Of a DNA stretch of 64,000 nucleotides, positions 54,011 through 64,000 are shown in pieces. Both the position numbers and the translations under genes were made by a program. The notes under the pieces are model-generated. The model was given only the letters and a program-made list of their open reading frames with translations, was not told where the DNA came from and did not search any database. The stretch lies in assembly GCA_951406725.2 (NCBI GenBank), contig OX597815.1, positions 131,626,001 through 131,690,000 of the forward strand, written 5' to 3'. Within the stretch, counting starts at the first letter, position 1, and the number at the start of each line of letters is the position of its first letter. The DNA comes from Octopus vulgaris. Its lineage: Eukaryota.

Positions 54011-55075
54011 GATAGCCCAAACGAAAAAATTAAAACAGTAAAAGAATTTTCTTTTAAAGCAGTAGAGAAATAAGGCGGTAAAAAAATGTGTGTATTAAAT
54101 TAAATTAAGTTCAATTAAATTAAATTGAATTAAATTGAATTAAATTGAGCCTCCGTGGTTTCAAATCCTGTAAAAGCTAAATTATTCATTTTCTACAACT
54201 TATTTTATTCCTATAGACTCAAAATAATGGGTGTATTAAATTAAATTAAGTTCATTTAAATTAAATTGAATTAAATTGAATTAAATTGAGCCTCCGTGGT
54301 CCCAAATCCTGTAAAAGCTAAATTATTTATTTTCTACAACTTATTTTATTTCTATAGACTTTTAAGAATGTAGAAGAAAATTTATGGATGCAAAAGGGAA
54401 TCACGTCCGTAAATTTATTCAGAATGTGCGGTCCATAACACCTAAGGATGGTAAGTGATTCCCTTATGCATAGCTTACATTTGTTGATATTTCTCTTGAA
54501 ATTTGGGGTTTTAGAAATAATGGACCATTCTAGATGATAATTCTTATTAGTTTTCTTCAAGTTGTGTATATGAGATGCAAGTGTAGTTGAGTTACATTAT
54601 TAGTCGTCAGCAAAAGAGCTCATATGTAATATATATCTCGCCTTAAAGTCTATCGTGCTACCTATATAAAATTTATTTAGCTTATCTTCGTCCTTGACTA
54701 CACATTTATATATAACGTTGGTAACTAGACAGGAACCATCTAAAGGACATGATTCGGGTTTTCTACAGTTACATGTCTTTCCGGGGCCTTTCCTAGTTTT
54801 ATTCCTATTGTTACCTTTACTTCTTGTATCTCCAGTTCCAGACGGGTTTCCCGTTTTCATTCCATCAAATCTTCTTTATTACATGGGTTCGATATACCCG
54901 GTAAAGGCAGACTGCTTGTAGCATTGGCATTAGGCGTTACAAGATTATCATACGCAGTTCGTTCTTTGGTCATCCTCAAAAGAACTTTTTCCGCTATTCC
55001 ACCCAGCAAGCTTGCTTCTATTGATTGAAGCAATGATGGAAGCAAAGTTAGGCATTACAGAGTAAGAGAACATAT

Positions 55076-55139
<64 letters not shown>

Positions 55140-56960
55140 TTATGAATATAACAGGTCCTCTATCCCCCATTCCTTTAATACAATTGTTCCCATATTTATT
55201 TAGATACATCAGCTGATAGTAAGGGTTTCAATACGTCTTCTATTGGATTAATATTAAAAATCATTGGTTATATATATTTATTTATTCTCAATGCCCATTT
55301 AATTATATCTATCTGGATTTACTAGACATATTTATTCACTATAATTTAATTTCATTTATTTGAATTTATTAAACACATATTTAATTATGTGTGGGCAACA
55401 AAAACCTCTTTCTCTTTTATTGTGTATTAATTTGTGCTTGGTCTTATTGATCTGGAAAAGTGTCTTAACGTATAAATCAAACCTTTGCATAAATAACACA
55501 TTTTCATTTGTCAAACAGATTTTGGCCGGCTACTTACTTCCCACTTCAGCGTAAAGTCCTTGTTTTTTTCCTTACTTGCCCAAATTATTCTACTTAGACC
55601 TCTTTTCTCTTATCTCTAAAAGTACTTTTATGGTTGGCTATCCTGCTTTTTAGATAATTTTCTGTTGAGCCTATATAATAGTAATCCTGCTCCTCAGACA
55701 TTAACTTACACCTATATATTATACATTTTTCTCCACAAAAGATGTTAATGGATATCTATTTCTATGTTCATTGCCACAATCACAGGTTTTATTTGCAGGA
55801 TCTTTTGCTGATTCCTTATTCATAATGTTGTGCCTATTTTTCAGGGTTATTTTCGTGTTGTTTATTTCTTGTGGTATGCATTTTAAATAATGACATATTT
55901 TCTTCCTGTTCCCTTTTCTTATCTATCCTAATAATTATATTGTAACTGATTTTTTTGTTCGTTGTTGCTAATATAGGTACGAATAATATATTGAAATCAT
56001 TTGTATTAATGTTTTTATTACCATTTTTGTTATTGTTATTAAGTTTATTTTTTCTCATTTTTGTAGGCTGCAAGTTTAAATTTTTCCGTTTTAGTGGGGA
56101 ATCATTAAGGATTACTTCCCTTTATTCGCCTGTCTATAGAATACTATCGTTATGATCTTCAGCATTTGGGACATTTAGTAAATCATTTGTATTTTCCTTA
56201 CTCCTGTTGTTATAGAAATCGTTTAAATTTTAGTATTTTGGGCAGATATAATTTCTGCAATGGTTTTCGAAACGCAGAAGCCGGCCCTTAATTTATGGCA
56301 GTTCGTTATTTTCTGATAACTGTTTTCCTTTGGAAAGTGTTTCGAGACAGTTGTGTAAAATAATCTTACTATAATGATTCAAATTTGTTTTGCAAATGGT
56401 ATTATGAACCATACTATATTATGTTCATAGTAATTCTTTTTAGTTTAATTTTTCTGGTGGTTAATTGCATTTACATACAGGGTTTAATGGTTTACAGAGT
56501 TAACATGAATTATATAGTTTAGGTTTTCGATTTCTACTTTTTTGTTATTTCCTATGCTACTTACGTTTTTATTTTTATTTTTATTTTTATTTAAGTAGTC
56601 ACGATTTTCATTTTTTGTTTTTGACCTTTTTTCTATTCTATTATCTTTAAATTTTATTAGTTCCTCATTGTTTCCATCCTTATTATAAGTGTTTAGTTTA
56701 TTTATGCCTTCCATATGTTTCTTGGCGTATATTCTGATATTATTCTTATTTATTCTATATCGAATTCCATCTGTAATTATTTTATCCTTATATTTATTTT
56801 CTTCTATTTTATATCATTATTGTGAAGTCCGTTGTGTGTATAATTCTCATTATTAGAATTTACATTTAGTTCAAGGATCTTTAATTTTTGTTTGTATCCT
56901 GCTTTATGCTTATTGTCTTATTAGAGTTATCCTTTGGGCCATACCATTTTAATTTTGGCT
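54011..56960 (-). mobile_element. Penelope-like element body (GIY-YIG pseudogene; RT core apparently deleted)
   Basis: FSYSVMPNFASIIASIN..L; CNCRKPESCPLDGSCLVTNVIYKC.V...FYIGST.DFKARY..H.SSF; STTLASHI..LK...LEW.II; CKLCIRE. 55140-56960 is degraded K/N-rich coding-like sequence. Confidence 0.85.
54090..54359. repeat. 141-bp tandem duplication spanning the PLE ORF end, with (AATTA/AATTG)n
   Basis: 54090-54219 matches 54231-54359. Confidence 0.9.
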
Positions 56961-59900
56961 TATAAATTCAAAATGCAATGTAATTGTAAAATATGAATGA
57001 AGGTAAGAACTGAGACGAGTGTAGACGACAAGAAATTGACTACTAATATATAAATAAATTGATTTTCTGTGTTCACGCTCTCCATTTTCTTTATATTACA
57101 TATGTGTGTGTGAGTGCGTGTGTATGAGTGTGTATGCGTGTGTATGTATGTGTATGTGTGTGTGTTTCTCTTTCTTTGTGTCTGTGTTTGTCCCGCCGCA
57201 CCGCTTGACAACCGGTGTCGATATGTTTACGTCCCCGTAACATTGTGGATTGACAGAAGACACCGATACAATACCAATTTGAAAAAGGGTCGATTGGCGT
57301 TGATTGGGGTCGATTCATTCCGCTAAAATTTCGTCAAGGAGGAGCCCCAGCATGGCTGCATTTTACTGACTGAAACATAAAATATAAAAATAAAAAAATT
57401 AAGATTGTATGATATATTACTTATACGTGCTTTCCAACTTTCTTTTCTTCTCCAAAATTGGGCTAAATTAAAACATGATATATTATATATTCTATCTAAG
57501 CCAGTGAGTCATTCATGATTTATAAAATAATTTTTACTATGATCTATAATCGACCCGATTTAAAACATTTGATATTTGTAGCTACTGATATGACCATCTG
57601 TACCTATAGCGTAAACCCTTATAGTGATGCAATTTGGTACGGTATATATGGTATAGATAATTTGATTCTGTGCACCTAAAATACTAATTCATGTAATAAT
57701 TCCTCATTTTCTAACCAGTTCATGATTCTGTTCCTCAGTCATAGAAATTCATTCCTGTTTGTACGAATGAAGGGAAGTAAGTTACTATGTCATTTGTTAT
57801 GGATCGACTCAACATTATAGAATCTTTGCAGACTCATAGATTTACTCGAAGAAAATTTAATTGTTGTAACTGATTATCCTTTATTACATCACTCAGCCGT
57901 AATATCAATCACGACAGTTTCTTTCATTTCAATGACTTGGAGTCAAGTCCTAAATTGCAACCATTAAATGAAATATCAGCGACCACTATAAATATCAAAT
58001 CACTACGATAAATATATATCACGATACCATTTCATAACCATTGCATGATTTCTCAGAGTACGTACTATTTAAAAGTATTATATCAGCTTTATATATTACT
58101 ATGGTTAAATTAAACTGATTACTGACAAGACTTAATTATTAGGTACGACGAGGTGAATAAGATGGAGACGTATTAAAGATATGTGTTCTGACTGTCGACT
58201 AATTTCATTCATTGGTTACACTCCATTCAAGCAAGAGCTCTACTCGAGCACATTTTATCTGCTCAATATTTAAATTTCGCATTGTCCGTGTAAAAGAATT
58301 TATGTGTTATAACATGGCTGTTTAATAACAGCACAACATTCATTTTCATGTGTGCCTTGCTTAAGGTACACATGTTACAAGGTTAGTAAGGCTATCCACA
58401 ACCTTCGTTGAATCTCTTTCCTTTGCCTGTCTCACTAAGAGTTATTTTTTGTTATTTTCTTCCAATAATAGCAATGTCTGCAATATTTGAAGTGCCTATA
58501 CTATTATCTATAAACTATTATCAGCTTATCTTATTACGGGGAAAATTGTCATAGAAAAGCAAAGATAACTTACTGAATTTTATTGAACAATCCATGACTT
58601 TTGACGAATGTAAATGCTGAAGGCTCCTTTATAATTTTCAATATAGAAAAAGATTTTGCTTCTGTTCCAAAATTCGTCACATCATAAAACTTTCTGTGTT
58701 TTGTGTTCTATATTTTCTATAAAGTGAGAAGATATAAATTTAATATGAAAAATTCAAACTCAAGATGTATATAGTTCTGTAATAAATAGCAATGGATGAA
58801 GATGTATTTGAATGGAAAGAAACTTTTGTACTATACGAATGAGAAGATGAAGATTTGAATATATATAAAACGCCGAATACTATTGAAAATATAAATCAAA
58901 TTTATGAGTAAAATAAATGAATATTTGGTATTTTTTGTATTTAATCGATCTACATTCCTACGGGAAATAATTGCAAACTTAATATTAAGAGCAATTTAAT
59001 TCATAACGAATATATATATGAGTTTAAAATAAACTAATCATCTGAAATACTATGTTAGGGACCAAAAGATTCGACAACATTCTATCTTCATATTTCATAA
59101 ATCAGCGTGAAATTTTGATGTGAGTGATGAGGGAGACTATTGTTACTATATTGATTTCAATACAGAATTATTATTTTGTGTTTTTCGTTGTTGATCCTGA
59201 AATAATCATTTCATGTGGTTTAGAGTTGATTTAAAATTACTACGTCCATCACATAAAACATTAACAAAAGAACTATATGCTTTGTTTTATTTCCCGGCGG
59301 TAATAACGATTCAAACATTCTTTGTATGTCGGCCATGCATGTGAATTACTTCCCAGAATTTCCCAAGAGATAGCAGCGAAAGGAATCTACACAATATTTA
59401 GCTTGTGATAGTGTTTCGCCAACAAAGTATAACAGAGGCATACAGCACATTCATGAAAATGAAACATTACAGAGAGATCTAAGTTCAGTAGATGCGATCA
59501 CAAAGTTAATTTGAAATTCGAAACACACATACACACACACACACAAAGTAGGGCGTATAATATATGCACACACTAACACCCAAATATTTATTGCATATAT
59601 GTTTTATATTTTCATATATACACACATATGCACACACGTACAACTTCATGCTTAAACACACACACACGCAAACATACACATACGTACACACGCACGCACA
59701 CACACATTCATAGATATATACGCTACGCAATTGAATCTCAATTTATACTGTCTATGTTATCATTTTATATGCGAAATTTTTAGTGAGTAATGCCAATATA
59801 TATTTTTTTCTGAAGACTTACCTAGAAATGTTTCAAATAGATATTGACAGGAGAAATCTAATCTACGCTAAATAGTTTATTCCACGAATCTAAAATGCTT

Positions 59901-60515
59901 TCTATTTCCTGCCCTCCTATATGATAGAAAGATACTCTGCATTTCTTAATATTTCATCATACCTAACTTCAGTTTTACGTGTGATGTTGGGATATTATAA
60001 CCTTCATTGATATATTTGCTGTGATGTCATTCTCTTTGATGCCTAATGTTTTTAGAAAAGGAGAAATAACAGCCATGCCGTTTATGATCTTAAGAGAGAT
60101 GCTAGTCTCATAGGTTAACTAAAACGAGTATCGTTAGAAATGGAAAGTCCAACACTATTCTATAACAGGTATCTCTTATTCTATTGCTATTGCTGTAATG
60201 GTACCAATCTAATTTGTTGGTAAAAGTGAAAGAGTTTGTTCCTAAACGAAACGCTTATATATAATAAAATGTTACTTTCACTCGCAACATTGAGATGAGA
60301 TTGTCTGTAATATCTTTTCCTATCGAGAGGGGCCGTAGATATGAAACTTATCTAATCTAACATATTTGTTCATAGAAAACCATACAACATATAATGTAAT
60401 TTAACTGACAGCTATATAAAGCATTATATAATTTAACCGAGATAATTAAAAACGTTCAGCTAGAGAACGCACGACTGCGTAGTTAAGAAGCTGAGTTTGC
60501 AACCATGTGGTTTCA

Positions 60516-63450
60516 GAAATTACATATAATAGAAATATTAAATATAGGATAAAAAGTATATCGATGAATAAGTAATCTGCAAAATAATCAATAAAACGTA
60601 TATATTTGGTTGAATAACGACACCTGTTTCGTGGCTATATTTAAGAAATGATTATAGTAAAAATATTAGTAATAGTAAAATCACTTCAGTATACATATAG
60701 CCACTCATCCGGTGAAAAATAACTACAATAATAAAATAATTAATTAATAAATATACGTAAATAATCTTTTGAAAAAGATGGGTGGTAAAGGGTAGTCGGC
60801 TGTGAAGACATTTGGTGGTAGCTGGCGGTTTGTTGTAGATTGGGTTAGTAGCAGTGATGGTAATAATAATGATATTCGGGTACAGTGGGATGTAGGTTCC
60901 GGGTAGTATTGATGAACAAGCAATACTTGTTATCCTATTTTCATTACTTTTCTTTGATTCATGAAACTTGAATATTTTTTGTATTTTTCATTAATAGATA
61001 GTTTTCGCCATTTTCATTGATAATTTATTCTATTTCTTTAAACAACGTCTCCACGAGTTTAATTTCTTATAAACGCTAAGAACTATTCTTTTACATTTAA
61101 AATTTAGTTATATTATATTCTCAACAAGCTAAGTAACGTTGTTTGTTTATCAATATTGTTTGGATTTTGCATTATATGGGATTAATAGTTGTTGTTGTTA
61201 TTGTTATTGAATTATTAATAGTGGGCTGTTAGTTGCAGTTGGGTGTCTTCATGTTAGATTGTTCATATGCTGTATTTTTCCTCACCTTTCTTTAGTTCAT
61301 GAGGCTTAAATGTTTTCTCGTACTTTTCATTGATAAATAGTTTTCGCCATTTTCATTGATAATTTATTCTATTTGTTTACACAAAGCCTTCACGCGTTAA
61401 ATTTTATAAACGCTAAGGACTATTTTTTTACGTTTAAAATTCAGTTATATTTTTTCTTCGACAAGCTAACTAACGGTTTTCGCTTATAAATATTATTTGG
61501 CTTTTGAATAATATTGGGTTTGATTATTATTGTTATTATTATTGTTGTTGAAATATTATTATTTATGTTGTTTTATTGATTATCTATATTATTTGGATTT
61601 TGAATTGTTTTTGGTTTGATATTATTATTATTATTATTGTTGTTGTTGTTGTTGTTGAACTATTATTACTTTTATTTATAGTTTCTTGACAGTTATTAGT
61701 TACGATCGTTATTAGTTATGATATCTATGTATTTAATATGATTTAGTATTAATTTTATAAACAGATTTAACGTATTACATATAATTTAATTTGAGAATTA
61801 GTTTTGTTAGACTATACATTATTTAATTATTAGGTGGTATTTTTATCAAGTAGTATTACATTTAAGTAAATTAGTTTTTATATTAATTAATATGTTGGTC
61901 AACTTTATTATTGTGTGAAATATTAAATCTATAGATACTACATATATATTAATAATATAGTTAGTTTATATAATGGGTTTGTGTATATTTGAACTATTTC
62001 CTATTTTTGATTCCATCATTTATGACTTGTACTAGCATTGGGTATATTAATTAAGGCGCTAAGACATATATTTATACATTTAAAATCCAGTTGTATTAAT
62101 TTAATCGATAAGCTTAGGAACTTTGTTTATCAATATTATTTGGATTTTATATTATATTGAGTTTGATTGTTATTATTATTATTGTTATTGACTGGATTTG
62201 TAGTGGACTGTCGGTTGTAGCTGAATGTCTTCATAGTGTGTTGTTCATTCGTTCTAATATTTTCGTACCTTTCTTTAATTTGTGGGGCTTAGATGTTTTT
62301 CGTACTTTTCATTAGTAAATTGTTTTCGCCATTTTCATTGATAATTTATTTAATTTGTTTACACTAAGACTTCACGGGTTTAACTTTTATAAGTACTAAG
62401 ACCTATATATTTTTTTACGTTTAAAATTCAGTTATATTATTTTCATCGACAAGCTAAGTAACGGTTTTTGCTTATAAATATTATTTGGCTTTTGAATAAT
62501 ATTGGGTTTGATTATTATTGTTATTATTATTGTTATTATTATTGTTGTTGAAATATTATTATTTATATATATATTGATAGTTATAAGTTATGATAGTTAT
62601 TAATTACGATATCTATTTATTAAGAATGATTTATTATTATTTTTATAAACGGATTTAACGTATTACATATAATTTAATTTGAGAATTAATTTTGTTATAT
62701 AATACATTATTTAATAACTAGGCGGTATATTTATCAAGTAGTGTTACATTTAAGTAAATTAGTTCTGATATTAATTGATATTTTGGTCAACTATATTATT
62801 GAGTGATATATTAAATCTATAGATACTACATATATATCAATTTTATTGTTAGTTTATATAATGGGTGTGTCTAAATTCTAACCATTTCTTATTTTTGATT
62901 CCAGAATTTTTGGCTTATACTAGCATTATGTAAAGTAATTAATTTTAAGTTTTAATTGCTTAATGGGTAGTAGACTGTATTTGGATGTTTATTAAATAAA
63001 TATATTAATAATTTGATTTAATGTATATAGTTGAAATTGTTGTATATAGTTTTCACTTAATGTATATTTTGTATCTTATATATATATATATTAAATATAT
63101 TAAAGAATATATTTATTTTTAAAAGATTATTTACGTATATTTATTAATTAATTATTTTATTATTGTAGTTATTTTTCACCGGATGAGTGGCTATATTTAT
63201 ACTGAAGTGATTTTACTACTACTACTAATATTTTTACTATAATCATTTCTTAAATATAGCCAGGAAACATGTGTCTTTATTCTACCAAATATATACGTTT
63301 TATTGATTATTTTGCACATTACTTAATCATCGGTATATTTTTTAATCTTATATTTAATATTTCTATTATATGTAATTTTCTAGATGGTGCAATTTAATTT
63401 TTCATTTTCAATTGATAAAAGGTATATTTTTCTAATTTATATATATATTA
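60516..63450. mobile_element. ~2.9-kb element bounded by ~260-bp inverted HHR-like repeats, with internal direct repeats (PLE-derived)
   Basis: 60516-60775 is the reverse complement of ~63115-63378. Internal repeats ttttcgccattttcattgataatttatt occur at ~61002, 61341 and 62323; 61690-62040 resembles 62580-62930. Confidence 0.75.
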
Positions 63451-63635
63451 TATTTTGTGAAAATTGATTTAGTATTTCTAAATTGAATTTCTCCCTGTAA
63501 GTTGGAATAATATTCCCTGAAATTATTATTAAATACACATATAAATGTCTTTTTTTTTTTCAGCCAATTGTTTACGTTAAGTCACTCTTAATGGAGCATA
63601 TAGTATCAGCATAAATAATATATAATTATAGTTAT

Positions 63636-63685
<50 letters not shown>

Positions 63686-64000
63686 ATACAATATATAATT
63701 GGTGATGGCAGATAACACATCAAAATACTATTGTAGCATTAGCCCTGAATAATGCCATCCGACAATATTATGTCATAACTAGTAATATATTGTTTGAACA
63801 TTACATACATTGACTCTGCTTTTGTTTCTAATTTAATGAAAACCAATTGATATTATCTACCTAACTACCTAAGTGTGCGTCTGTATCAATCTAGAAACTG
63901 CATTGTTGATGTAAGTACGCCAGTTTGCATGTGTCTAAGTGTGAGAATGAAGGCATGTTTGTACCTGTACAGAAACAAAGTTTATAAAATATAAGATAAA

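Overview
AT-rich eukaryotic non-coding DNA packed with microsatellites ((TA)n, (CA)n, (TATC)n, (TACA)n, (ATT)n) and transposon debris. The SINE families and repeat landscape look like an octopus (cephalopod) genome; that assignment is inference. I can support no host protein-coding exon, and most ORF-track entries are microsatellite artefacts. Recognisable elements are Penelope-like elements (two GIY-YIG remnants), RTE and CR1-type LINE fragments, maT/mariner remnants, a possible Helitron helicase remnant, several tRNA-derived SINE families, and a 1.6-kb non-LTR element encoding only a zinc-knuckle ORF1, nested in a Penelope-like element. The main signal is about 20 type I hammerhead ribozyme (HHR)-like motifs. 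Several sit in a divergent family of ~355-360 nt non-coding, structured, retrozyme-like units (9838-10318 and 38300-40320) that share conserved blocks. Core variants recur, including a compensatory U3:A8 pair. All alignments and folds were done by eye, so boundaries are approximate.
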